This document shows positions 49,078-58,356 of a DNA stretch of 64,000 nucleotides, one piece after another. Origin of the DNA: Thermodesulfovibrionales bacterium (GTDB lineage: Bacteria > Nitrospirota > Thermodesulfovibrionia > Thermodesulfovibrionales > SM23-35). Within the stretch, counting starts at the first letter, position 1; each line of letters starts with the position of its first letter. A program made the position numbers and the translations under genes. The DNA lies in the NCBI GenBank assembly GCA_963715195.1, contig CAVQRT010000006.1, forward strand, positions 1 to 64,000, written 5' to 3'. A model generated the notes under the pieces. It was given only the letters and a program-made list of their open reading frames with translations, ran no database searches and was not told where the DNA came from.

Positions 49078-50160
49078 TTAAAGTACTTTTGACGGTTCTT
49101 TATGACTGGTTGAGAGTTTCAAAGACGGGAGCTTCAGTTTGACGACCTTGCCTTTTTCTCCGAGAGGCCCGATATCTTGTCCGTTAAATATTATTTTCGT
49201 TCCGCCTGCATTACCAATTCTGAGAGAAAAACCACTTTTAGCCGTCCATTTTACACGAGCACCCGGTTTCAGTAACCTTTCCCTTGATTCCCTGTCATCG
49301 ATGGTGACGGAAATCCAGGTTTCTTCGTTAGCGATAAGTTCAAGAGTATGGGAGGATGACTGTTGAATGACCGGATACGCTTTCTCATTTTTGTGAGGGT
49401 CTTCTACCTGGTTTCTCTGTTCTTGCTCAGTTCCTTGAACGGTATCATTCGGAATCACTCTTTCATCTGATTCTGCTGTTGCTTCTTTCGTGACTTCCTG
49501 AAGAACGGCAACAGGTTCATCTATCTGATTCTGTGAGGTTGTAACGGTGGCGTTGTTATTTTCATGATCCTTCCTCAGTGTCTGTAGTCTTGCGAGGATT
49601 TCCTTCAACTCGCCATCAAATCTGCTTGCGTCTGCTTCCAATGCCCTCATTTTTATCTTTTCTTCTTCCAGCAGAAATCTGAGATTATCCCTCTCTTCGG
49701 TAATCTGTGTCAGAATTTTATCTGTCCGTGCTTTTTCATTCCTGAGCGCCTGAATTTCCGAGTCAATCTTTTCAATTGCGGTCTTTGTTTCTTTTCCTGC
49801 ATCAGGAGTGTTTATCGTCTCCAATTCTCTCTCTGCATACATGATAAACGGGCTGTCAGGGATTTCCTGCTTGAGTTTCGAAAAAATCTGTTTTGCCTCT
49901 TCATAACGCCGAAGCGACACGAATGACCTCCCGAGCCAGAACAGAGCAGCGTCTTTGGCAGAGCTGTCCGGGAACTCATTCAAGAAAACATGAAAGCTTT
50001 CCACGGCTTTTTCAGGCTCGTAGGAGAGGTAATATCCATATCCCTGATCAAAAAGGGCTAACTCCTCCTGAGACGCATACGTATGAATCGCTGCAAGAAA
50101 GACTGCGAAAATGATTACTATTGCGGCAGTTCCGGATTTCTTAAGAAAATGTGTTCCCAT
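49078..50160 (-). CDS. Exported protein: TPR pair + coiled coil + RodZ C-terminal (DUF4115) domain
   Basis: Signal/anchor; FLNEFPDSS..DAALFWLG TPR; C-terminal ETWISVTID...LRIGNAGG..IIFNG..LGEKGKV. Confidence 0.75.
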   Translation of the reverse strand: MGTHFLKKSGTAAIVIIFAVFLAAIHTYASQEELALFDQGYGYYLSYEPEKAVESFHVFLNEFPDSSAKDAALFWLGRSFVSLRRYEEAKQIFSKLKQEIPDSPFIMYAERELETINTPDAGKETKTAIEKIDSEIQALRNEKARTDKILTQITEERDNLRFLLEEEKIKMRALEADASRFDGELKEILARLQTLRKDHENNNATVTTSQNQIDEPVAVLQEVTKEATAESDERVIPNDTVQGTEQEQRNQVEDPHKNEKAYPVIQQSSSHTLELIANEETWISVTIDDRESRERLLKPGARVKWTAKSGFSLRIGNAGGTKIIFNGQDIGPLGEKGKVVKLKLPSLKLSTSHKEPSKVL

Positions 50161-50266
50161 GATCTATTAACGGAAAATATCGTCCGGTAAGCAATCCTAC
50201 CCGGGTAGGGCATAATGATTTGATGCAAATTCTGATATGATAAAACAATAAAAAGGAGGACAGACC

Positions 50267-50569
50267 ATGGATGTGAACACATTCTGTGGAGTGATGCAAA
50301 CAGAAATCAATTCGTTAAAAGCGCGGGTCTATGACATTATGCGGTCAGTTGAAAAGACGAAGGGTAAGAAGAAAAGAGCAGATGCTGCTCAACTGACAGA
50401 ATTGCACGCCCTTATCGAACACCTCTCCGAGATGAATGAGAAACTTGCAAGGGCATGCCCGCTCGACTGGAGCAAAGAAAAGAAAGTAATAGAGGAGAAA
50501 AAGGCGGAATTGGCAGAAAAAATTGATATCTGGGATTCTGAACACCTGGCAGGATTGGTAGATAATTAG
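50267..50569 (+). CDS. Hypothetical helical protein
   Basis: SD AAGGAGG; 100-aa ORF with ACPLDW motif. Confidence 0.7.
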   Translation: MDVNTFCGVMQTEINSLKARVYDIMRSVEKTKGKKKRADAAQLTELHALIEHLSEMNEKLARACPLDWSKEKKVIEEKKAELAEKIDIWDSEHLAGLVDN

Positions 50570-51219
50570 CCCGGACGATCAGTAATCTGTCCATCTTTTA
50601 TGCAGAGCACTTCGTCGCCAAGCCGTTTGGCCTGCGCCAAATCATGGGTTGTCATGACAATGGCCCTGCTGTCCTTGCGGATTTTACGGATGATATCTTC
50701 AATGATCTCTGTATTTTTTACATCGACAGAGGCTGTCGGCTCGTCGAGAAAGATTATCTCCGGTTCAACGACAAGTGCTCTCGCAATGCCAAGTCGCTGC
50801 GATTCGCCACTCGAAAGCGTCAGTGCATTCTGATTTTTTTTCTGCAGCAGACCGACAAAATCGAGAGCATGCTCTGCTCTTGATGCACTATCGATCTTCA
50901 GGTTTCTTATCTTCAGTCCATAGGCAACGTTTTTGTATACACTTGTATTGAAAACGCCGATTTTGGGCAAGAGGAGAGTAATTCTTCTCATCAATGAAAT
51001 GTCCTTTATGACAGGCTTGCCCTCAGAATAAAAATTGATATCACCCGAATCAGGCGCTTCGAGAAGGGCACATATCCTGAGGAACGTCGATTTGCCGCTG
51101 CCATTCGGGCCCATAAGGACATAAATTCTACTGCTATTGAAAGTGAATGAGCAGTTTTTCAGCACGGTATCATTGCTGTAACTTTTCGAGATGTCTGAAA
51201 CAACTAATTCAAGACTCAT
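50566..51219 (-). CDS. tupC: Tungstate ABC transporter ATP-binding protein
   Basis: GPNGSGKS, LSSGESQR, FLDEPT; follows tupB. Confidence 0.8.
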   Translation of the reverse strand: MSLELVVSDISKSYSNDTVLKNCSFTFNSSRIYVLMGPNGSGKSTFLRICALLEAPDSGDINFYSEGKPVIKDISLMRRITLLLPKIGVFNTSVYKNVAYGLKIRNLKIDSASRAEHALDFVGLLQKKNQNALTLSSGESQRLGIARALVVEPEIIFLDEPTASVDVKNTEIIEDIIRKIRKDSRAIVMTTHDLAQAKRLGDEVLCIKDGQITDRPG

Positions 51220-51923
51220 CGTATTGTCCTGACCATTCCTTTTTTCTGAATGAGGTGCAACCCGATGTTGATCAGAAGGGAGATAATCAAGAGAATGATT
51301 CCGAGGGCAAGTGCAAGCTCGAAATTCCCTTTGTCGGTCTCAAGGGCAATTGTTGTGGTCATTACCCTGGTATATCCTGCAATATTACCTCCAACGATGA
51401 GAATGGCGCCGACCTCACCCATGGCCCTGCCAAGCCCTGCTATAACTCCAGACAGTATACCGTACCTCGCTTCTTTGACGACAGCCAATGCAGCCTGGAA
51501 GGGAGTTGCACCGAGTGTTAGTGCAGCCCGTCTTATTATCGGATCAACACTGATGACAGCAGAGTGACAGAGGGAAGTTACGATAGGAAATATAAGAATT
51601 GTCTGTGCCATCATCATTGCAGAAGGAGTATAGAGCAGTGCCATAAATCCGATAGGCCCTCTTCGTGAAAGCAAAAGATACACAAAGAGTCCGACGACAA
51701 CCGGAGGGAGGCCCATGAAAGTATTCGAAAGGCTTATGGCAAATCCCCTTCCTCTGAATTTCTTTAGACCAAGGATTGAGCCTGCAGGGATACCGAGGGA
51801 TGAAGCGATGAGAAGAGCAATTCCAGAAACCTCCAGGGACAGTACGATAATTCTCAGCAGTTCAGGGTCGAGATGGATGATCAGAGAAAATGCCTGAACG
51901 AAACCCTCTACCATGAAATCCAT
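51216..51923 (-). CDS. tupB: Tungstate ABC transporter permease
   Basis: MGLPPVVVGL, LSRRGP, GRAMGEVGA..IVGGNI..TRVMTT. Confidence 0.88.
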   Translation of the reverse strand: MDFMVEGFVQAFSLIIHLDPELLRIIVLSLEVSGIALLIASSLGIPAGSILGLKKFRGRGFAISLSNTFMGLPPVVVGLFVYLLLSRRGPIGFMALLYTPSAMMMAQTILIFPIVTSLCHSAVISVDPIIRRAALTLGATPFQAALAVVKEARYGILSGVIAGLGRAMGEVGAILIVGGNIAGYTRVMTTTIALETDKGNFELALALGIILLIISLLINIGLHLIQKKGMVRTIR

Positions 51924-51941
51924 GAATGCGTTTAACCAGGT

Positions 51942-52760
51942 CTATTTTGCATTTGGTATAAAAAGCTGATTCCCGTTTTTATCTTTGAAAGATCCGATAG
52001 CCTGCTGGCCTTCGTTCGAGATGAGCCAGTTAATAAATTCCATCGACTCTTTGTATTTAACATGTGTGTGCTTTTCAGGATTAACTGCCATTACTCCATA
52101 CTGATTAAATAAGATGGGGTCGCCTTCAAGAACAATCATCATCTCCAGTTTGTCCTTGTTTTTTGTTGCAAGCCAGGTACCCCTGTCCGTCAGCGTATAT
52201 GCGCGTTTTTCATCCGCTATTCTCTGTGTCTTTTCCATACCCTGTCCTGCTTCGAGATACCACTTCTGGCCTTTGGGTTCTGTGCCGGCTTTTTTCCATA
52301 TCGTCAGTTCTTTTGTGTGCGTTCCCGAATTGTCACCGCGTGAAACAAAGAGATTAGCGCTTTCACTCAGTTTCCGGAATGCGCCTTCTGCAGATTTCAG
52401 ACCCCTGATCTTTGCAGGATCATTATCCGGGCCGATAATAATAAAGTCATTGTACATGAGGTCATGCCTGTCGACAAAATATCCTTCCTCGACTGCCTTT
52501 AATTCCTGTTCCTTGGCATGAACCATAACCATATCTGCATCACCCCGCTTGCCCATCTCTATTGCGGCGCCTGTCCCCCGCGCAACTACCTTAACTATAA
52601 TACCTGTCTTCTTTTCAAATATCGGAAGGATATAGCTGAATAACCCGGAATTTTCTGTGCTTGTCGTTGACGCGCAGATGATCTCATTCTCTGCTGCATT
52701 TACCCAGGTGTATGTTGTTGAAAGAATAAGTAGCATGAACGATAAACTCATTTTTAACAT
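51942..52760 (-). CDS. tupA: Tungstate-binding periplasmic protein
   Basis: Signal peptide; ASTTSTENSGL, GTG, VHA, MYNDF, SRGDNSGT, LTDRGT, NQY. Confidence 0.9.
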   Translation of the reverse strand: MLKMSLSFMLLILSTTYTWVNAAENEIICASTTSTENSGLFSYILPIFEKKTGIIVKVVARGTGAAIEMGKRGDADMVMVHAKEQELKAVEEGYFVDRHDLMYNDFIIIGPDNDPAKIRGLKSAEGAFRKLSESANLFVSRGDNSGTHTKELTIWKKAGTEPKGQKWYLEAGQGMEKTQRIADEKRAYTLTDRGTWLATKNKDKLEMMIVLEGDPILFNQYGVMAVNPEKHTHVKYKESMEFINWLISNEGQQAIGSFKDKNGNQLFIPNAK

Positions 52761-52781
52761 TTTCGTTCTCCTTATGAAAAA

Positions 52782-53567
52782 TTACCTATTCTTCTTTTCC
52801 ATCAATGATGGAACCGCGTCAGGATAGAATAGGTTAATCCCATGTTTCTTATATGATGCAATGAGATGTTGTCCTTCAGACGATGTTACAAAAGCGATGA
52901 AATCCATAGCCTCTCTATATTTGATTTTTGGGAATTTATCGGGATTGAGAGCAATTACACTGTAATTGTTCCTTAAAATGGGGTCACCTCTGAAAAGAGT
53001 CTTCAGATCAAGTCTGGATTCATATCTCAGAAATGTACCAAGATCGGTCAGTGTATATGCTCTCTTCTGTGTGGCCATCAATAATGTATCTGACATATTC
53101 GCCCCTGCCTCAAAGTACCAGCCTTTTCCCTTCGGATTAATTCCGGCGTCGTCCCAGATATCCAGTTCCTTGATGTTTGTTCCCGAGTCGTCTCCCCTTG
53201 AAACAAAGGATGCTCCCTTCTCAGCAATTTCCTCAAAAACCTCGATGGCAGTTTTTGATTTCCTGATCCCGGCAGGATCTTTTGGAGGGCCGACAACAAC
53301 AAAATCATTATGCATGACAGCCCTTCTGTTAACTCCATAGCCTTCGGCTACAAACTTTTTTTCGCGGAAAGGATCATGAACGAAGAGCATATCTGCATCC
53401 CCCTTCTTGGCGATTCGAATTGCTTTGCCCGTGCCGACTGCAATGATTTCGATTTTTATATTGTATTTTGTAGATTTCTCATAGGCAGGGATTAAAATAT
53501 CGAAAAGTCCCGAATTCTGCGTGCTTGTCGTTGATGCGATCACAAGGGTTGTTTTTTCTATTGCCAT
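52782..53567 (-). CDS. TupA paralogue without signal peptide
   Basis: ASTTSTQNSGL begins at residue 11; MHNDF, SRGDDSGT; SD GGAGG; in-frame TAA six codons upstream. Confidence 0.85.
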   Translation of the reverse strand: MAIEKTTLVIASTTSTQNSGLFDILIPAYEKSTKYNIKIEIIAVGTGKAIRIAKKGDADMLFVHDPFREKKFVAEGYGVNRRAVMHNDFVVVGPPKDPAGIRKSKTAIEVFEEIAEKGASFVSRGDDSGTNIKELDIWDDAGINPKGKGWYFEAGANMSDTLLMATQKRAYTLTDLGTFLRYESRLDLKTLFRGDPILRNNYSVIALNPDKFPKIKYREAMDFIAFVTSSEGQHLIASYKKHGINLFYPDAVPSLMEKKNR

Positions 53568-53617
53568 CCTATCCTCCCGATATTAGTTCTGATGTCAAAA
53601 TAATTCACTCAGCTCGA

Positions 53618-54361
53618 TTAGTTGAGCCGATAGATAATTGGTATGATGATCTGGGCTTCGACAGGAGGTTTTGGAAATGGTGAAGCATTGTTTATCGCTT
53701 TTATAGCACTCTCGTCGAGAATCTCATGCCCAGAGCTTTTGGATATCTTTACCTCTTTTGCGCACCCTGCTGAGGAAATAATAAACGAGGTGATTACCTT
53801 TCCCTCCCACCCCATCTTTTTCGCCTGGGCAGGATAGACAAGATGTTTATGAATGAGGTCTTTTATATAGGAAAAATGAGCCTTGATATATCGCGACCTC
53901 GCCGGTGATACAGAGTCAACTCCGGCACCCCCAGAGTGACCCAACGAAGACGCTTTCTGAAATCCCGCATCAGAGCCACTGCCTTGAGAGGTATACTCAG
54001 AGAACTGGGTAAGATTAACCTTTGCCTCAAAGAAGTTTTGTTGGGCTATCACAGCAGCTGGCTGTGTCTCCACCTGCTCCATTGCCGATGATTCCAGGGT
54101 CATACGTGGCTGCTGAGTTGCTTTGGGAGTGATCTCCGGAGGTGTTGCAGGCTGTGCTACCCGTTTTTTCGGCAGCCTAAAGAGAGATCGGGTGGAAGGT
54201 GCTGAGCCCCCGTCTCTAAGAACTGGTTCATTTCCCATGGTAAAGTCCACAATAAGGACATTTTGCTGTTTCACCACCGGCGCGTGCAGAGTAATGAGAG
54301 CGAGTAAAATTATGCTATGAATAAGGAGAGAAAGCTGCAAGGATTTCCACTGGCTCGTCAT
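53618..54361 (-). CDS. tonB: Energy transducer TonB
   Basis: SLLIH TM motif; YPAQAKKMGWEGKV, SSGHEILDESA, PFP. Confidence 0.88.
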   Translation of the reverse strand: MTSQWKSLQLSLLIHSIILLALITLHAPVVKQQNVLIVDFTMGNEPVLRDGGSAPSTRSLFRLPKKRVAQPATPPEITPKATQQPRMTLESSAMEQVETQPAAVIAQQNFFEAKVNLTQFSEYTSQGSGSDAGFQKASSLGHSGGAGVDSVSPARSRYIKAHFSYIKDLIHKHLVYPAQAKKMGWEGKVITSFIISSAGCAKEVKISKSSGHEILDESAIKAINNASPFPKPPVEAQIIIPIIYRLN

Positions 54362-54414
54362 GTTCTTATCTTCACATGTATCTGTATCAAATCGAATCTG
54401 ATATGCTGAGGATA

Positions 54415-55029
54415 TCAGTAATAGTAGACCGTGTATTCTTTTAAGGTGTTATCATCAGTATAAACGGATTTTTTTATTTTTTCCCCCTTTTCGTCGTAAT
54501 CATTCTTCGTGATTTGTAATATTTTCCCATGCATATCATACTTGGTCTTTGTTGTTGCTTTTCCCTGCGCGTCATATGAATACAACTCGTATGATTTTAA
54601 TTGATTATCAGGAGTATATTCAGTTCTTTTCGTCTTCCTCCCGTTAGCGTCATACTCGAAGGTAAAATAACGTTTGAGCGTGCGATCCGCAGAATAGTCA
54701 GTCTTTTTCGTTCTTTTCCCTTTGGCGTTGTATTCATATGCTGTTATCGAGACCAGCTTGTCAGCGGCATCGTACTCTTGCTTTTCAAGACGTTTTCCGT
54801 CGTTATCATTGGTGTAACGGAAATAACGCAATAGTTGACCAGTTGGAGAGAAATGCTGTCTTTTTGCTTTATCGTATTGATTGTATTCATAGGTGTAGTA
54901 GGACTGCATCTCATGAGCAGCATTGTAAATCTCTTTCTTGACTTTTTCACCTTTGGTTTTCTCCGTGGACAATGTTGTGCATCCTGACACTAACATGCAG
55001 ATACAAAGAAATGAAAATAACGCTTTCAT
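54415..55029 (-). CDS. Lipoprotein composed of ~24-aa YD/Rhs-like beta-hairpin repeats
   Basis: Lipobox LVSGC; repeats YEYNAKGKR, FEYDANGRK, YSYDAQGKA, NDYDEKGEK. Confidence 0.75.
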   Translation of the reverse strand: MKALFSFLCICMLVSGCTTLSTEKTKGEKVKKEIYNAAHEMQSYYTYEYNQYDKAKRQHFSPTGQLLRYFRYTNDNDGKRLEKQEYDAADKLVSITAYEYNAKGKRTKKTDYSADRTLKRYFTFEYDANGRKTKRTEYTPDNQLKSYELYSYDAQGKATTKTKYDMHGKILQITKNDYDEKGEKIKKSVYTDDNTLKEYTVYYY

Positions 55030-55078
55030 ATCGCCTCCTCCTCAAAGTACGACTTAGATGAGTTTTTTATCCTTATCC

Positions 55079-57061
55079 CTAAAGACTGACTGTTATTCCC
55101 CCATAGATAAAGCGACCTGCCTGAGGGAATCCATAACTTTGCTCGTAGTCTTCATCAAAAATGTTATCAGCTCCCAGATAAACATCAAGTTTACCATTCA
55201 GGAAGGCTTGATCGAGCTTCAGATTGACCAATGTATAATCATCCAAATTTCTCTTTCGTACAGGCGTAGTCCTCGAATAATAAACCTGGTCGGCTATATG
55301 CATCACATTCATGTACGCAGATAAACCGAAAGCAAAGGAATATTTGCTTTCGAAGCTAAATGTATGTTCAGGCCTGTACTGTAGTTCGTCCCTTTCAGTG
55401 TCCGGCGACTCATCCTTCGTATATATGTAGGTATAGCCTGTCCTTAGCAAAAGATCTTGCACGTATCGATTCTCTGCAGTCAATTCAATACCCTTAAACT
55501 TATATTCACTGAAGTTCACAAATTTATCACTTACCGTTTCGACATATTCAATATAATCCTGCATATCAATCAGGAAACCGATGAGAGTGGCCTTTGTGTT
55601 CCAGGGGAGTTTCTGTTCTATTCCGACTTCGTAATTGTTGGATTTCTCCGTTTTCAGATCAGGATTTCCCCGACTTATATCATAGAGTTGGCGAATGTCA
55701 GGAAACCGTATCTTTCGTGCAAAAGAGCCCCTTATCCGAGTATTTTCATAGATATCGTAATACACTCCTATGAGGTAACTCCCTTCATTGTCGTCCCCTT
55801 CGTCCTTTTCCAGCCAGTTGTAACCGTAACCAAAAACGAGGCCAAGATTCTTTACGGGTACAACTTCATATTCGAGGGCGGCTGAGTATACGGCGATATC
55901 TTTTTCATCGTGTGTATCTACCCGCCCGGTTTTCGTTATGTCGTACCCATCGGTCTCCCATTCTTCTCCCCGGCCCCTGAGACCGAGTGTTAAAACGCCT
56001 GCTGTCTTCAGATTATACGTTGTCTGGAGGGCAGCCCCCATGACTTGTGTTTCGTTATCATGGTGAAATGCACCATTCCCGGTTATTGAGCTGTAATTGC
56101 CGTCATCATATCGGTTCTCTTCCTCTGCTAATTGGTTGAAAAAGATCCACGATCTCAGTCCGAAAGGTCCGGGCAGATCATAGCTCAGTGAAAGGTGCCC
56201 GGAATAACCCTCAAAATTATCCATTCGCTCGTATCGTTGTTTATCTGAAAAATCATCCTGCGGGGAAATGGTGGTCGAAGGTTTGCCAAATTCTCCATTC
56301 AGGTAATTAAAAACAGCTCCGATGATAACTTTCTCACTCGGGGAAAAATTGACATTTGAGAAGAAATTATTGTTTCTTCTGTCACTATTTTCGCGAATGT
56401 CACCGTCTTCTTCAGGTGTTTCCTTAAAATCATCCGATAGGCGAAAGCCATTGCTGTCAAGCATGCTTCCGCCGATGAAGAAGTCAACCTTTTCGTGGGC
56501 CCCGGATACATTAAAGGTACCAAGATAATGATCTGCCTCTCCTGCCTCTCCTGAGACCATGCCACGAACGCCTGCCGTTCCTTTTTTCGTAATGATGTTG
56601 ATAACTCCCCCAAGACCACCATCTCCGTAAAGCACCGAATGGGTCCCATATGAAACTTTTATCTTCTCGATGCTCTCCGCAGGAATCAGAGAAGGGTCAA
56701 AATTACCATCGTACGTGGAATTGATGGGAATACCATCGAGCAGAAGAATGACGTGTCTCGAACGAAAACCTCTGAGATCAACCCGGGGAACTCCGTCGGC
56801 CCCTGTTCTCATGTATAGACCTGGCAACAACTTCATTGCTTCATCTAGAGTCCGTGCACCTTTGTTTCGAATGTCTTCAGAGGTGATCTCCCTGACCGTT
56901 CCCACCGATTCAACTCCTTCCCGCTCGCCACTCACTATGATTTCGCCAAGAGTATAAGCATGCTTATCAGGCAACATCTCGGCATGAGCATTCAGATAGA
57001 ATGCATGACATGTTAGCAGAACAAATAAACTGATACAACGAATACATTTACACGCAATCAT
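55079..57061 (-). CDS. TonB-dependent outer membrane receptor
   Basis: Signal peptide; TonB-box-like EIIVSG; plug LRGF..LLDGIP..IEKIKVSYG..SVLYG..GGVINIITKKG; GNPDLKTE; DNIFDEDY..GRFIYGGITVSL. Confidence 0.93.
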   Translation of the reverse strand: MIACKCIRCISLFVLLTCHAFYLNAHAEMLPDKHAYTLGEIIVSGEREGVESVGTVREITSEDIRNKGARTLDEAMKLLPGLYMRTGADGVPRVDLRGFRSRHVILLLDGIPINSTYDGNFDPSLIPAESIEKIKVSYGTHSVLYGDGGLGGVINIITKKGTAGVRGMVSGEAGEADHYLGTFNVSGAHEKVDFFIGGSMLDSNGFRLSDDFKETPEEDGDIRENSDRRNNNFFSNVNFSPSEKVIIGAVFNYLNGEFGKPSTTISPQDDFSDKQRYERMDNFEGYSGHLSLSYDLPGPFGLRSWIFFNQLAEEENRYDDGNYSSITGNGAFHHDNETQVMGAALQTTYNLKTAGVLTLGLRGRGEEWETDGYDITKTGRVDTHDEKDIAVYSAALEYEVVPVKNLGLVFGYGYNWLEKDEGDDNEGSYLIGVYYDIYENTRIRGSFARKIRFPDIRQLYDISRGNPDLKTEKSNNYEVGIEQKLPWNTKATLIGFLIDMQDYIEYVETVSDKFVNFSEYKFKGIELTAENRYVQDLLLRTGYTYIYTKDESPDTERDELQYRPEHTFSFESKYSFAFGLSAYMNVMHIADQVYYSRTTPVRKRNLDDYTLVNLKLDQAFLNGKLDVYLGADNIFDEDYEQSYGFPQAGRFIYGGITVSL

Positions 57062-57150
57062 GATTCCCTCCTTAAAAAACAAGAATAGTCATCTTTCATT
57101 CTTGGAGATGGCTCGCTATGATTATCCTAAAAAAAACGAGGAAAAGACGA

Positions 57151-57187
57151 ATGCTTTGTTTTCATGGTAAGCATGAAATTATTGCAT
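57151..57187. promoter_or_regulatory. Two tandem LysR-type T-N11-A sites (ATG-N9-CAT)
   Basis: ATGCTTTGTTTTCAT at 57151-57165 and ATGAAATTATTGCAT at 57173-57187, 22 bp apart, between the divergent receptor and lysR genes. Confidence 0.6.
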
Positions 57188-57210
57188 GACCCCTCTGGAT
57201 GATTCGAGCG

Positions 57211-57239
57211 TTGACACCATCTTTGTGACCCCTTACAAT
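57211..57239 (+). promoter_or_regulatory. Sigma70 promoter of lysR
   Basis: TTGACA(57211-57216)-N17-TACAAT(57234-57239). Confidence 0.75.
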
Positions 57240-57246
57240 AATGCCG

Positions 57247-58152
57247 ATGGAAGACCACAGATTAAAAGCATTCTGTCTTGTTGTAGAGATGGAAAGCTTC
57301 TCCAAAGCAGCTAAAGCGAAATTCATGACCCAATCAGCGATGAGCCATCTCATTAAAAATCTGGAAGACGAACTGGGAGTGAAACTCCTCATCAGAAAAG
57401 GAAAAAAAGTCGTTCTGACGTCTGCCGGAAAGATATTTTACGGGCATGCATGCAAAATACTCGGGCAGTATGAAACGTTAGATCATGATATCAATATGCT
57501 GCTTCATCGTGTAAGAGGGCCTTTGCACATCGGGGCAACCACAACAGCAGCAGGTTATCTTCTGCCTCAGGTTCTCTACAGCTTTTCAAAAAATTATCCG
57601 GATGTGCAGATTACTGTGTCGGTATCGAATACAGAAATGATCCTGCATGAACTTCAGAATGCAAGAATTGAAATGGGCATAGTTGAGGGAAAGGTGAAGA
57701 ATTCGTCGATATGCATGGCAGAGATCGCTGAAGATGAAATTGTTATTATTGCATCTGACGATAACCCCTTAACCGGCAAAAAACAGATTCAACAACAAGA
57801 GCTTTTGTCCCAACCCTTTATAATGCCGGAACCCGGTTCGGGCATCAGGGAGTGCATCGAGGAATTTTTCTCAAGTGCTGAGATTGATCCGAATGCACTC
57901 CTGACATCAATGACACTCGGAAGCACGGAGTTGATCGTGCAGATGGTTAAATCGGGGCAAGGCATCTCTTTTGTATCAAAGTGGTCTGTTTTCAACGCAC
58001 TTAAGGAAGGAACAATATCAATTTTGAACGTTCGCGGCAAGCGACTATTTAGAAAATTTTATCTCGTGACGATTGGCAAGGAACCGGAAACCATGATTTC
58101 GAAAACGTTTATTGAATTTCTGAAAGAATATCGCTTCTTTAAGCCCTTTTAG
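57247..58152 (+). CDS. LysR family transcriptional regulator (CysL-like)
   Basis: LKAFCLVVEMESFSKAA..MTQSAMSHLIKNLEDELG HTH; EPGSGIR, LGSTE; second ATG chosen from promoter spacing. Confidence 0.93.
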   Translation: MEDHRLKAFCLVVEMESFSKAAKAKFMTQSAMSHLIKNLEDELGVKLLIRKGKKVVLTSAGKIFYGHACKILGQYETLDHDINMLLHRVRGPLHIGATTTAAGYLLPQVLYSFSKNYPDVQITVSVSNTEMILHELQNARIEMGIVEGKVKNSSICMAEIAEDEIVIIASDDNPLTGKKQIQQQELLSQPFIMPEPGSGIRECIEEFFSSAEIDPNALLTSMTLGSTELIVQMVKSGQGISFVSKWSVFNALKEGTISILNVRGKRLFRKFYLVTIGKEPETMISKTFIEFLKEYRFFKPF

Positions 58153-58183
58153 ATTGTATCTAGTGTTGTGTCCCTTAAAAAAC

Positions 58184-58257
58184 TTGTCATTACGAAGTTG
58201 ATTCGGAATCTCGCTGTTAGTATGAGGAAAGACCCTGAAACAAGTTAAGGGTCACAA
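58184..58257. repeat. Degenerate RPE/REP-like palindromic element, copy 3
   Basis: TTGTCATTACGAAGTTGATTCGGAATC...GACCCTGAAACAAGTTAAGGGTCACAA; flanked by GTGTCCC/GGGACAC. Confidence 0.6.
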
Positions 58258-58356
58258 TAAATGTTTAGATATTAATGGGACACTAACGGGCAAGATCCTC
58301 CGGAAGTGAATGAACCTTCGGCATCTGACTGTCTTTGATATTTTATGCCTGCAACG

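Noticed and set aside
54415..55029. Rhs toxin
   Set aside because: Only 204 aa, with a lipoprotein signal; no Rhs core motif, toxin domain or immunity gene
57062..57150. Cobalamin or Moco/Wco riboswitch upstream of the TBDR
   Set aside because: The leader is short, with one modest hairpin (AGTCATCT/AGATGGCT) and no conserved riboswitch motif that I can recognise
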